Positions 1 through 8,587 of a DNA stretch of 41,937 bases are shown piece by piece. Position 1 is the first letter of the stretch. Each line of letters starts with the position of its first letter. Source of the stretch: a virus (taxonomy: Duplodnaviria > Caudoviricetes); the IMG/VR virus record IMGVR_UViG_3300020042_000346, positions 1 through 41,937 of that record. The stretch is one strand, 5' to 3'. The notes under the pieces were generated by a model. It was given only the letters and a program-made list of their open reading frames with translations, searched no databases and was not told where the DNA came from. The position numbers were made by a program, and so were the translations under genes.

Positions 1-1
1 A

Positions 2-2299
2 GAATTGATCAGTGACTATGACGAGGACGTAGCCAGTCGCAAAGACTGGATGCAGACTTACGTTGATGGCCTAGAGTTGTTGGGCATGAAGATTGAAGAA
101 CGCACAGAACCTTGGGAAGGTGCGTGTGGTGTGTTTCACCCCATGTTGTCTGAAGCTCTGGTGAAGTTCCAGTCCGAGACAATGATGGCAACGTTTCCTG
201 CCGCTGGGCCAGTTAAGACCCAGATCATTGGCAAAGAGACACCTGCTAAGAAAGAGTCTGCACAGCGTGTGGCAGACGACATGAACTACCAGTTGACAGA
301 TGTGATGAAGGAATACAGGCCAGAGCATGAGCGCATGTTGTGGGGCTTGGGTCTGTCTGGCAATGCGTTCAAGAAGGTGTACTTTGATCCCTCACTTGAT
401 CGCCAAGTGTCTTTCTTTGTTCCTGCTGAAGACATCGTTGTGCCTTACGGCGCGAGTAACTTAGAGTCTTCCCCGCGTATCACTCATGTGATGCGTAAGA
501 CTGAGAACGAGTTGCGCAAACTTCAAGTGGCTGGGTTCTACTGTGATGTTGATCTGGGTACACCTGACAACGTGCTCGATGAAGTTGAGAAGAAGATTGC
601 AGAGAAGATGGGCTTTAGAGCCACTGCCGATGATCGCTTCAAACTCTTGGAGATGAACGTAGACCTTGACTTGGAAGGCTATGAGCACAAAGACAAGAAG
701 GGTGAGAAGACTGGCATTGCACTGCCGTATGTAGTCACTATTGAAAAGGGAACCAGCAACGTGCTGGCTATTCGTCGCAACTGGGAGCCTGATGATGAGA
801 CCTATACAAAACGACAGCACTTTGTCCATTATGGATACGTTCCCGGCTTTGGCTTCTATTGCTTTGGCCTTATCCACCTCATTGGGGCTTTTGCTAAGTC
901 AGGCACTTCTCTTATTCGTCAGCTTGTCGATGCTGGTACTTTAAGTAACCTGCCCGGCGGCTTCAAGACTCGTGGTATGCGAGTCAAGGGAGACGACACA
1001 CCGATTGCTCCGGGTGAGTGGCGTGATGCAGATGTGGCAAGTGGCACACTAAAAGATAACTTACTGCCCCTGCCGTACAAAGAGCCTAGCCAGACATTGA
1101 TGGCCTTGCTTGGTCAGATCGTTGAAGAAGGCAGACGCTTTGCCAACACAGCGGACTTGACTCTCAGTGACATGAGTGCGCAAGCGCCGGTAGGTACTAC
1201 CTTGGCGATTCTGGAAAGAACGTTGAAGAACATGTCTGCCATTCAGGCGCGTGTTCACTACTCGATGAAGCAAGAGTTGGGACTCTTAAAGCACATCATC
1301 GCCGAGTACACACCAGACGACTACGACTACCAACCAAGTGAAGGCAGTCGCAAGGCGAAGAAGTCTGACTATGATGATGTGGACGTGATCCCTGTCAGCG
1401 ATCCTAATGCGTCAACAATGGCGCAGAAGATTGTGCAGTATCAGGCTGTCTTGCAGCTTGCTCAAGGTGCGCCTCAGTTGTATAACTTGCCACTCTTGCA
1501 CCGTCAGATGCTTGAGGTGTTGGGTATCAAGGACTACGCCAAACTCATTCCGATGGACGACGATCAGAAGCCGACAGATCCAATATCTGAGAATCAGAAT
1601 GTGCTCAAGGGCAAGCCGGTCAAAGCGTTTCTTGCGCAAGACCATCAAGCTCACATTGTTGTGCACATGGCCGCGATGCAGGATCCGAAGATTCAGTCTT
1701 TGCTCCAGCAAAACCCGATGGCGCAAGCCATGCAGCAAGCGATGATGGCTCACATCAACGAGCACTTGGGCTTTGAGTATCGCAAGCAGATTGAAGAGAC
1801 ATTGGGTATGCAGTTGCCAGCGCAGACAGATGAGTCTGGTGAGGAAGTTCAGATGTCTCCAGAAGTCGAAGCACGTCTGTCTCCGATGTTGGCACAGGCC
1901 GCGCAGCAGTTACTCCAGAAGAATCAGCAGGAAGCACAGCAGGCTCAAGCGCAACAACAAGCGCAAGACCCCATCGTGCAAATGCAGATGCAAGAACTTC
2001 AACTCAAGGCGCAAGAGAACCAGCGTAAAGCTGCTAAAGACCAAGCTGACAACGCCATCAAAGCGGCGCAGTTGCAGGTCGAGCGTGATCGCATCCAGAC
2101 ACAGCAGTCCACTGATGACAAGCGCATCAAGTTGGATGCAGTGAAGACTGCTGTTCAGATGGAGAGCGATAAGCAGCGCCACATGATGGACAAAGGTGTA
2201 GATGTCCTCAAGCAACTCTCTAACAAGAGTCATGAAGAGCAACTGCGGGCAATGCAGGAGCGCATCCAGATGAGACAAAGACAACCTAAAGGGGAATAA
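2..2299 (+). CDS. Phage portal protein (5'-truncated by the window edge)
   Basis: The frame is open from the window start (a GAA TTG ATC...). It is >764 aa with portal-like motifs (GNAFKKVYFD, RQLVDAGTLSNLPGGF) and a Gln-rich C-terminal coiled coil like the P22-type portal barrel. It is the first gene of the head module. Confidence 0.85.
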   Translation, partial: ELISDYDEDVASRKDWMQTYVDGLELLGMKIEERTEPWEGACGVFHPMLSEALVKFQSETMMATFPAAGPVKTQIIGKETPAKKESAQRVADDMNYQLTDVMKEYRPEHERMLWGLGLSGNAFKKVYFDPSLDRQVSFFVPAEDIVVPYGASNLESSPRITHVMRKTENELRKLQVAGFYCDVDLGTPDNVLDEVEKKIAEKMGFRATADDRFKLLEMNVDLDLEGYEHKDKKGEKTGIALPYVVTIEKGTSNVLAIRRNWEPDDETYTKRQHFVHYGYVPGFGFYCFGLIHLIGAFAKSGTSLIRQLVDAGTLSNLPGGFKTRGMRVKGDDTPIAPGEWRDADVASGTLKDNLLPLPYKEPSQTLMALLGQIVEEGRRFANTADLTLSDMSAQAPVGTTLAILERTLKNMSAIQARVHYSMKQELGLLKHIIAEYTPDDYDYQPSEGSRKAKKSDYDDVDVIPVSDPNASTMAQKIVQYQAVLQLAQGAPQLYNLPLLHRQMLEVLGIKDYAKLIPMDDDQKPTDPISENQNVLKGKPVKAFLAQDHQAHIVVHMAAMQDPKIQSLLQQNPMAQAMQQAMMAHINEHLGFEYRKQIEETLGMQLPAQTDESGEEVQMSPEVEARLSPMLAQAAQQLLQKNQQEAQQAQAQQQAQDPIVQMQMQELQLKAQENQRKAAKDQADNAIKAAQLQVERDRIQTQQSTDDKRIKLDAVKTAVQMESDKQRHMMDKGVDVLKQLSNKSHEEQLRAMQERIQMRQRQPKGE

Positions 2300-2488
2300 A
2301 TGAACGCATTTGAGATTCTCATCCAACAAGCGGATGAAAAGATCGAGCAACTTAAAGAGTACTTGGCCGAGGGCAAGGCCGAGTCCTTTGAGGATTACAA
2401 GAAACTGTGTGGTGAGGTTCGTGGTCTACTCATCATGCGGGGATATACCCTAGACCTGAAACAACGATTGGAGACTTCGGATGACTAG
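2300..2488 (+). CDS. Small conserved phage protein (62 aa) downstream of the portal
   Basis: AAGGGG SD, ATG immediately after the portal stop, helical sequence, and overlap with the next gene. Confidence 0.75.
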   Translation: MNAFEILIQQADEKIEQLKEYLAEGKAESFEDYKKLCGEVRGLLIMRGYTLDLKQRLETSDD

Positions 2489-2909
2489 TTCCATCCTATT
2501 GGCTACAGACGCCAATAACCCACAAGTCGTGGGAACCTATAACTGGGAATCATCAATGGAGGAAAAGGGTAAGCAATTACCAAGGCCATCTGGCTACCGA
2601 ATCCTTTGTGCAATACCAGAGGCAGAGAAAGAGTTTGAGGACAGTGAAGTAGGTTTGATCAAAGCTGATGAAACCATGCGCAATGAAGAGACCCTCACAA
2701 CGGTCTTATTTGTTGTCGATATGGGGCCAGACTGCTATCAAGACCCATCTAAGTTCCCTACTGGGCCGTGGTGCAAACCCGGGGATTTTGTCCTCGTGCG
2801 CCCACATTCAGGTTCTCGCTTGGTCATACATGGCCGTGAGTTCCGCATCATCAATGACGATACTGTCGAGGCCGTCGTAGACGATCCCCGTGGTATCAAA
2901 CGTAAATAA
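2481..2909 (+). CDS. groES: GroES/Cpn10-like co-chaperonin
   Basis: GroES pattern: P-x-G-Y-R-I-L, mobile-loop-like GLI, V..MGPD, KPGDFV, G-R-E-F-R-I-I-N-D-D-T-V-E-A-V-V. GGAG SD. Confidence 0.8.
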   Translation: MTSSILLATDANNPQVVGTYNWESSMEEKGKQLPRPSGYRILCAIPEAEKEFEDSEVGLIKADETMRNEETLTTVLFVVDMGPDCYQDPSKFPTGPWCKPGDFVLVRPHSGSRLVIHGREFRIINDDTVEAVVDDPRGIKRK

Positions 2910-2921
2910 AAGGAGCACAAA

Positions 2922-3884
2922 ATGCCTTTAGACGACGACACAGAATTCAAGTTTCCAGACGAAGTTGAAAGTAAGGGTAAACCCGCACAAAACGCGGAAC
3001 CTGAAATTGAAATTGAGATTGAAGACGACGCCCCGGCTGAAGACCGTGGCCGTCAGCCTCTGCCCAAACCTCTGGTTGAAGAACTAGAGAAGGATGAGCT
3101 AGACCAGTACGACGACAACGTTAAAACCAAACTCAAGCAAATGCGCAAGGTTTGGCACGACGAGCGCCGTGAGAAAGAGTCTGCCCTGCGTGAACAGCAA
3201 GAAGCTGTCACTTTGGCACAACGCCTGCTAGAAGAGAATAAGCGCATCAAAGGTATTCTTACCAATGGCGAGAAAGAGTACGTCTCTACCATTCAGAGTA
3301 ATGCTGATATGGAGTTGAAGATTGCTCAACGTGCCTATAAAGAAGCGTATGAGGCAGGTGACTCTGACAAGATGATGGAGGCCAACCAAGCGTTGCAGAT
3401 GGCCAACCTGAAATCTATACAGGTAAAAAACTTTCGCATGCCCTCTTTACAAGAGGAAGAATTTCAAGTACAACAGCAACAAGTGCAGTATCAACCTGCA
3501 CCGAACATACCTGAACCGGACAATAAAGCTGTAGCGTGGCAAAAGCGTAATAGCTGGTTTGGACAGGATCGGAGTATGACGGCCTTTGCTTTAGGTTTAC
3601 ACGAAGACCTGAGAGACAATGGTGTAGAGGTTGGTTCTGATGAGTATTACCGCGAATTGGACAATACAATGCGCAAACGGTTTTCAGAGAAATTTGAAAA
3701 CCAAGAAGACAATAGACAGCAGACCCGGACAAGACCCGGTACTGTAGTCGCCCCGGCAGTTCGTAGCACGGCCCCTAATAAGGTTAAGCTAAAGCAAAGC
3801 CAAGTAAACCTAGCCCGAAAACTGGGTTTAACGCCAGAGCAATATGTGAAGGCACAACTTGAATTGGAGGCCCGTAATGGCTGA
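2922..3884 (+). CDS. Putative capsid scaffolding protein
   Basis: AAGGAG SD, acidic N-terminus, long coiled coil, C-terminal ARKLGLTPEQY helix motif, and position between portal and capsid genes. Confidence 0.7.
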   Translation: MPLDDDTEFKFPDEVESKGKPAQNAEPEIEIEIEDDAPAEDRGRQPLPKPLVEELEKDELDQYDDNVKTKLKQMRKVWHDERREKESALREQQEAVTLAQRLLEENKRIKGILTNGEKEYVSTIQSNADMELKIAQRAYKEAYEAGDSDKMMEANQALQMANLKSIQVKNFRMPSLQEEEFQVQQQQVQYQPAPNIPEPDNKAVAWQKRNSWFGQDRSMTAFALGLHEDLRDNGVEVGSDEYYRELDNTMRKRFSEKFENQEDNRQQTRTRPGTVVAPAVRSTAPNKVKLKQSQVNLARKLGLTPEQYVKAQLELEARNG

Positions 3885-4335
3885 TATTAAAGACAACAAA
3901 CTCACACGCGAGTTGACAACACGTGCGGTACAGGAGCGTCCCAAGCAGTGGATGCAGCCTGAACTTTTGCCCGAGCCAGACAAACAGCCCGGATACAACT
4001 ACCGCTGGATTCGTGTTTCTACGATGAACAATGCTGACCCACGTAACTTATCGGCCAAACTCCGAGAAGGTTGGGAACCCGTTGCCATTGAAGAACAACC
4101 GAAATTTCGACTGTTAGCCGATCCCCAAAGTCGTTTTAAAGACAACATTGAGGTCGGTGGATTATTGCTTTGCAAGACACCTACTGATTTTGTAGACCAG
4201 CGAAATGCCCATTTTGCCAAAGTCACTCAATCTCAGACAGATGCTGTAGACAATAGTTTCATGCGTCAAAGTGATGCGCGGATGCCGCTCTTCCAAGAGC
4301 GTAAGTCCTCGTCCAGCTTTGGCAAAGGTACTTAA
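3877..4335 (+). CDS. Conserved head-module protein (YRWIR / LREGWEPV motifs), function unknown
   Basis: GGAGG SD at 3866-3870 supports ATG 3877 over the TTG at 3859. The gene overlaps the scaffold stop. Confidence 0.7.
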   Translation: MADIKDNKLTRELTTRAVQERPKQWMQPELLPEPDKQPGYNYRWIRVSTMNNADPRNLSAKLREGWEPVAIEEQPKFRLLADPQSRFKDNIEVGGLLLCKTPTDFVDQRNAHFAKVTQSQTDAVDNSFMRQSDARMPLFQERKSSSSFGKGT

Positions 4336-4353
4336 ATTTTTAAGGAGTCTTAA

Positions 4354-5187
4354 ATGGCTTATCCCGTCGTCTCGGCCCCCTACGGCCTAAAGCCGATCAA
4401 CCTGATCGGTGGTCAGGTATTTGCTGGTTCTACCCGCAATTATCCGATCCAGTATGGTTACGCTACGAACATTTTTTACGGTGATATCGTAAACATTATT
4501 CGTGGTTCTATTGTAGATAACGCAGATACTACTGACTCTACCGGCACCGGTATTGTTGGTGTGTTCTTGGGTTGTTCTTACACTAACCCCACAACTAAGC
4601 AAAAGCAATTTGCGCAATACTGGCCCGCCGGTACTGCCGCAGGTGATTGCCAAGCTATCATTTGCGATGACCCTGACACGGTGTTCAAAGTAGTGATGTG
4701 CTCTGCAACTACAGTTATTGCCTCTGCTGCTAATGCTATGTTAGGTCAAAACTTTGGTTTGATTCAGAATGCAGGTAACGTCAACACAGGTAATTCTGCT
4801 GTTGCTGCCCTCTATTCCTCATCTACCACTGGTGTTGATTTGGCTTTGCGTGTAGTTGGTTTGGTTGGCGAAACTGCTGTTCAAACTAGCGTGACTGGCT
4901 CATCTTCTGCTACTACTATCACTTGCTCGGCTTTGCCTAACGCATTGGTTGTGGGTACTGATGTGGCTTACATCGCTGCTAATGGTCAAGTGGTTCAAAC
5001 TGGTTCGTACGTATCTGCGGCTGCGGCTGCTGGTGCAACGTCAGTGACCATCAACTCAACGATTGCAGTTCCCGGCGGTATCACGGCTATTCCTAGCTCG
5101 TCTACTATTCTTTTCACCCAGTTTCCTGAGATGTTGGTCAAATTAAACTTTGGCACACATTCTTACTACACTGGCACAGCCGTCTAA
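4354..5187 (+). CDS. Putative capsid decoration / minor head protein
   Basis: TAAGGAG SD. A/T/G/V-rich beta protein (PYGLKP, IFYGD, GVFLGC, DDP motifs) directly upstream of the MCP. Confidence 0.65.
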   Translation: MAYPVVSAPYGLKPINLIGGQVFAGSTRNYPIQYGYATNIFYGDIVNIIRGSIVDNADTTDSTGTGIVGVFLGCSYTNPTTKQKQFAQYWPAGTAAGDCQAIICDDPDTVFKVVMCSATTVIASAANAMLGQNFGLIQNAGNVNTGNSAVAALYSSSTTGVDLALRVVGLVGETAVQTSVTGSSSATTITCSALPNALVVGTDVAYIAANGQVVQTGSYVSAAAAAGATSVTINSTIAVPGGITAIPSSSTILFTQFPEMLVKLNFGTHSYYTGTAV

Positions 5188-5198
5188 GGAGCTAAATC

Positions 5199-6107
5199 AT
5201 GGCTATTTCACGCGCACAACTACTTAAAGAACTTCTCCCCGGCCTGAACGCTTTGTTCGGTTTGGAGTACGCAAAATATGGTGAAGAGCATAAAGAAATT
5301 TATGAAACTGAAACCTCTGAGCGTTCTTTTGAAGAAGAGACAAAACTGTCTGGTTTCTCTGCTGCCCCCGTTAAAAACGAGGGTTCTGCCATTGCTTATG
5401 ACAATGCGCAGGAAGCATGGACTGCCCGATACAACCACGAAACCATCGCTTTGGGCTTCAGCTTGACTGAAGAGGCTATCGAAGATAACTTGTATGACTC
5501 ACTGTCTGCTCGTTACACGAAGGCTTTGGCCCGCGCTATGGCTTACACCAAGCAAGTTAAAGCTGCTGCTGTTTTGAATAACGGCTTCAGCAATGCTTAC
5601 GCTGGTGGTGACGGTGTTGCTTTGTTTAGCGCATCACACCCCTTGGTGTCTGGTGGTACTAACAGTAACATCCCCTCTACCCCTGCTGACTTGAACGAAA
5701 CATCGTTGGAAAACGCTGTTATTCAGATTAGCTTGTGGACAGACGAGCGTGGCCTGTTGATCGCTGCCAAGCCTAACAAGTTGGTGGTTCCACCTGCACT
5801 CCAGTTCACGGCAACTCGCTTGCTTGAGACTGAATTGCGCGTGTCTACTGCTGACAATGATATCAACGCCTTGAAGAACAATGGTTCTATCCCCGGTGGA
5901 TATACCATTAACCACTTCTTGACTGATACCAATGCTTGGTTCCTGACTACAGACGTACCTAACGGCATGAAGCACTTTGTGCGTTCGCCTTTGGCCCAGT
6001 CTATGGACGGCGACTTTGACACAGGTAACGTCCGTTACAAGTCTCGTGAGCGTTACAGCTTCGGCTGGTCTGACCCTCTGGGCATGTTCGGTTCTACCGG
6101 TGCGTAA
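5199..6107 (+). CDS. Major capsid protein (Mu gpT-like, HK97 fold)
   Basis: TAAGGAG SD, 302 aa, motifs GDGVALFSASHP, LVVPPAL, AWFLTTD, ERYSFGWSDP. It is followed by a terminator. Confidence 0.9.
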   Translation: MAISRAQLLKELLPGLNALFGLEYAKYGEEHKEIYETETSERSFEEETKLSGFSAAPVKNEGSAIAYDNAQEAWTARYNHETIALGFSLTEEAIEDNLYDSLSARYTKALARAMAYTKQVKAAAVLNNGFSNAYAGGDGVALFSASHPLVSGGTNSNIPSTPADLNETSLENAVIQISLWTDERGLLIAAKPNKLVVPPALQFTATRLLETELRVSTADNDINALKNNGSIPGGYTINHFLTDTNAWFLTTDVPNGMKHFVRSPLAQSMDGDFDTGNVRYKSRERYSFGWSDPLGMFGSTGA

Positions 6108-6125
6108 TATTTCTTAGGAAATATT
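6106..6125. repeat. Perfect 8-bp inverted repeat overlapping the MCP stop codon
   Basis: AATATTTC-TTAG-GAAATATT. Confidence 0.6.
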
Positions 6126-6130
6126 TGAAG

Positions 6131-6156
6131 GGGGGCCTTGTGCCCCCTTTTCTTTT
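6131..6156 (+). terminator. Intrinsic terminator after the MCP
   Basis: GGGGGC-CTTGT-GCCCCC stem-loop followed by TTTTCTTTT. Confidence 0.8.
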
Positions 6157-6166
6157 GTTGTATATT
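6138..6166 (+). promoter_or_regulatory. Possible sigma70-type promoter overlapping the terminator
   Basis: TTGTGC (6138-6143), 17-bp spacer, TATATT (6161-6166). The predicted start (~6173) lies just before the structured RNA. Confidence 0.45.
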
Positions 6167-6174
6167 GCTTTCAA

Positions 6175-6249
6175 CCCGGGGTTATCCGGTGCATTAGACA
6201 GTCCCGGCTGACGACATACAGACTAATGCACTCTACTTGTATGTAAGGA
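6175..6249 (+). ncRNA. Structured, pseudoknotted RNA element downstream of the MCP (candidate Mu-gpT-DE-type motif)
   Basis: GTGCATTAG (6189-6197) pairs with CTAATGCAC (6223-6231). The loop sequence ACATACA (6214-6220) pairs perfectly with TGTATGT (6238-6244), which abuts the SD AAGGA. CCGGG (6176-6180) can pair with CCCGG (6203-6207). Confidence 0.65.
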
Positions 6250-6255
6250 CACATC

Positions 6256-6834
6256 ATGGCAACCACCACGTTCTCCGGCCCAGTCGTATCTCAGAACGGC
6301 TTCTCTACCGGTACCTCTTCTTCTCCTTTGTCTGTAACCACTGCTGGTAATGTTGATTCAGCTTACGTTACAACATCCGCTACTACAGGCGACACACGTC
6401 TTACCTATGAGCGTCTGACTTTCACAAGCACTGGCTCTGGTGAAACATTCCGTGCTTTGACACAGGTCACAGGCGCTGGCGCAGCTACTGCTGGTACGGT
6501 CAACGGCGCACACATCAGCTTGAGCATCAATGGCTCTGGCACTATCTCCGGTGCAGGTAACGCTCTCCGCGCTACCTTGGGTGGTTCTTCTACCAACCCC
6601 GGCGGCACAATTGCAGCTATTCAAGCTGACTCTGACTTTGCTTCTGGCGGTACTTGGACAAACGCTTCTTTCATCCGCTTCACTAACAGCGGCACCGGCA
6701 CAGTGGCTAACTTGTTCAATGTTCCCTCCGGCATGATCACAGCCAATACCCAAGGCGCAGCTACAAACTCATTGAAGATTGTGGACAGCGCAGGTACTGC
6801 GTACTACATCATGTTGACTACGACCAACTCATAA
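6256..6834 (+). CDS. Putative head fibre / capsid accessory protein
   Basis: AAGGA SD, N-terminus MATTTFSGPV, T/G/A/S-rich beta sequence, and location right after the MCP. Confidence 0.6.
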   Translation: MATTTFSGPVVSQNGFSTGTSSSPLSVTTAGNVDSAYVTTSATTGDTRLTYERLTFTSTGSGETFRALTQVTGAGAATAGTVNGAHISLSINGSGTISGAGNALRATLGGSSTNPGGTIAAIQADSDFASGGTWTNASFIRFTNSGTGTVANLFNVPSGMITANTQGAATNSLKIVDSAGTAYYIMLTTTNS

Positions 6835-6998
6835 TGCAGATAACCAAGGAATTCTTGGAGTCTGAGATTAGTGAACTTGAGACTGAAGCACAGAAGGCAC
6901 AAACCTTTTTGACTCAGGCTCAAGCCACAATCCAAGCGTACAAGATGCTCATAAACAGGCTAGAAGCCCCAGAACCGGAAACGGAGCAATCATCATGA
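6834..6998 (+). CDS. 54-aa coiled-coil protein (not in the supplied ORF track)
   Basis: MQITKEFLESEISELETEAQKAQTFLTQAQATIQAYKMLINRLEAPEPETEQSS. TAATG overlap upstream and ATGA overlap downstream fill the gap exactly. Confidence 0.75.
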   Translation: MQITKEFLESEISELETEAQKAQTFLTQAQATIQAYKMLINRLEAPEPETEQSS

Positions 6999-7279
6999 TG
7001 CAAACAGACGTAAAATCCGCGCACATTGATGCAAGCGGTGTTATTTATGCTGGCCCTACTCGGGTTAAAGGCTTTTCTATATCCCCCGGTGGCACGGCTG
7101 GAGAAGTGCAGTTTTACGATAATGCCACTACAAACTCTGGCACGATCCGTTTAACACTCAATGTTTCAACAAACCAAGCTCTTGACTCGTTAGCAATTCC
7201 GGGTGAAGGAATTAGGTTTGATGTTGGTGTTTACGTTTCAATGCCAGCTAACACACACTTGACGGTGTACTATGGCTAA
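6995..7279 (+). CDS. Small beta-rich virion protein, function unknown
   Basis: GGAG SD, ATGA coupling, IPGEGIRF..GVYV motif. Confidence 0.65.
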   Translation: MMQTDVKSAHIDASGVIYAGPTRVKGFSISPGGTAGEVQFYDNATTNSGTIRLTLNVSTNQALDSLAIPGEGIRFDVGVYVSMPANTHLTVYYG

Positions 7280-7517
7280 GAGTCCAGCATGGCAGAGGAA
7301 AGAGGGCAAGTCCGAGAAGGGCGGCTTGAACGACAAAGGTCGAGCCTCTGCAAAAGCGCAAGGCATGAATTTGAAACGGCCCCAGCCCGAAGGCGGCTCC
7401 CGGCGAGACTCTTTCTGTGCGAGGATGAGTGGCATGAAAAAGAAGCTAACCAGCGCGAAGACGGCAAACGATCCGAACTCACGCATAAATAAGTCTTTGC
7501 GGGCTTGGAACTGCTGA
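7272..7517 (+). CDS. Small basic protein (DUF6321-like)
   Basis: K/R-rich, with motifs AWQRKEGK, GGLN.KGR, SFCARM, SRINKSLRAWNC. Family recalled from memory, not searched. Confidence 0.6.
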   Translation: MAKSPAWQRKEGKSEKGGLNDKGRASAKAQGMNLKRPQPEGGSRRDSFCARMSGMKKKLTSAKTANDPNSRINKSLRAWNC

Positions 7518-7518
7518 T

Positions 7519-7767
7519 ATGGAACTCATGGTCTGGAACGTAATACTCTCCTTTGCATCAGCACTGTTGATGTTTTGGGTGAAGGCGTCTCATGATGAAG
7601 TGAAACGCTTGAGTATTTTGTTGAGCAAAACTCGTGAAGAGAATGCTGAGAAATACGTAACCAAGTCTGATGTCCACAACGATATTGACCGGGTACTTGC
7701 AAGATTAGACCGACTTAAGAGCAAGATTGACGACTTCATGAAGGAGCAACGCAGTGCCCTCGGTTAG
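7519..7767 (+). CDS. Small membrane-anchored coiled-coil protein
   Basis: N-terminal hydrophobic segment (MELMVWNVILSFASALLMFW) followed by heptads (YVTK...LARLDRLKSKID). Confidence 0.65.
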   Translation: MELMVWNVILSFASALLMFWVKASHDEVKRLSILLSKTREENAEKYVTKSDVHNDIDRVLARLDRLKSKIDDFMKEQRSALG

Positions 7768-8143
7768 CAAGAAACAACACAATTTCATGGCAGCGATTGC
7801 AAATTCGCCATCGTTTGCTAAGAAAGTAGGCGTCCCACAGTCTGTGGGCAAAGATTTTACAACTGCGGACAAGGGCCGCAAATTTTCAAAAGGCGGTGAT
7901 ACTATGGCTTCTAAGATGAACCCCGGCTTCATGGCAATGATAGCCAAGAAAAAAGGCGCTCCCGCCAAGAAAATGGCTGGTGGCGGTATGACTAAGATGG
8001 GCGCTGTTAAGACTGCGGCTCCTAGCAAAGATGGTGTTGCTGTCAAAGGCAAGACCAAAGGTGCGCAAGTCAAAATGGCTGGTTCCGGTGTGCCTAATGG
8101 CATCGGTTCCCGTGTGATGAAAAAGGGCGGCAAAACTTGCTGA
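7754..8143 (+). CDS. Basic K/G/M-rich protein with xxGG motifs
   Basis: AAGGAG SD and GTG start. Motifs FSKGG, MAGGG, MKKGG, DGVAVKGKTKG. Ends in Cys. Confidence 0.7.
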   Translation: MPSVSKKQHNFMAAIANSPSFAKKVGVPQSVGKDFTTADKGRKFSKGGDTMASKMNPGFMAMIAKKKGAPAKKMAGGGMTKMGAVKTAAPSKDGVAVKGKTKGAQVKMAGSGVPNGIGSRVMKKGGKTC

Positions 8144-8158
8144 TCTAAGGAGAATATT

Positions 8159-8578
8159 ATGGCTGGTTTAAAAGATGATGCGTACAGGGCAGAGAAACAG
8201 GCAGAAATTGCGGCGCGACAAGCAGCCACAGATGCCGCAAAACAAGCTAGAGACGATGCTAAAGCTAAAGCTGTTTATGAACAATCTGCTAGAAAATACG
8301 AACGTGAAAAAGCATTAAACCCTGATGGGGTAAACAAGTTCCTTGACAAAGGTCTTGATACCATTGGGGACAAAGTTAGATCAGTTGGTAGTTTTTTTGG
8401 TTCAAACAGAATGACTAGCATGGATGATGCAGCTCAAATGCAAGCTCGTAAAGACGTAAAAGGTTACGCTAAAGGCGGTAAAGTCTCTTCTGCTTCTTCT
8501 CGCGCAGATGGTATTGCTGTTAAAGGCAAAACCAAAGGCACAATGATCACTATGAAGAGTGGCGGCAAATCCTGCTAA
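8159..8578 (+). CDS. Small protein with a unique N-terminal domain and a shared C-terminal tag
   Basis: TAAGGAG SD. C-terminus YAKGGKVSSASSRADGIAVKGKTKG...MKSGGKSC. Confidence 0.75.
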   Translation: MAGLKDDAYRAEKQAEIAARQAATDAAKQARDDAKAKAVYEQSARKYEREKALNPDGVNKFLDKGLDTIGDKVRSVGSFFGSNRMTSMDDAAQMQARKDVKGYAKGGKVSSASSRADGIAVKGKTKGTMITMKSGGKSC

Positions 8579-8587
8579 GGAGCTATC

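Noticed and set aside
6208-6224. CTGACGA resembling the hammerhead ribozyme core CUGAnGA
   Set aside because: There is no GAAA after a stem II and no compatible three-stem junction. It is kept only as part of the structured RNA finding.
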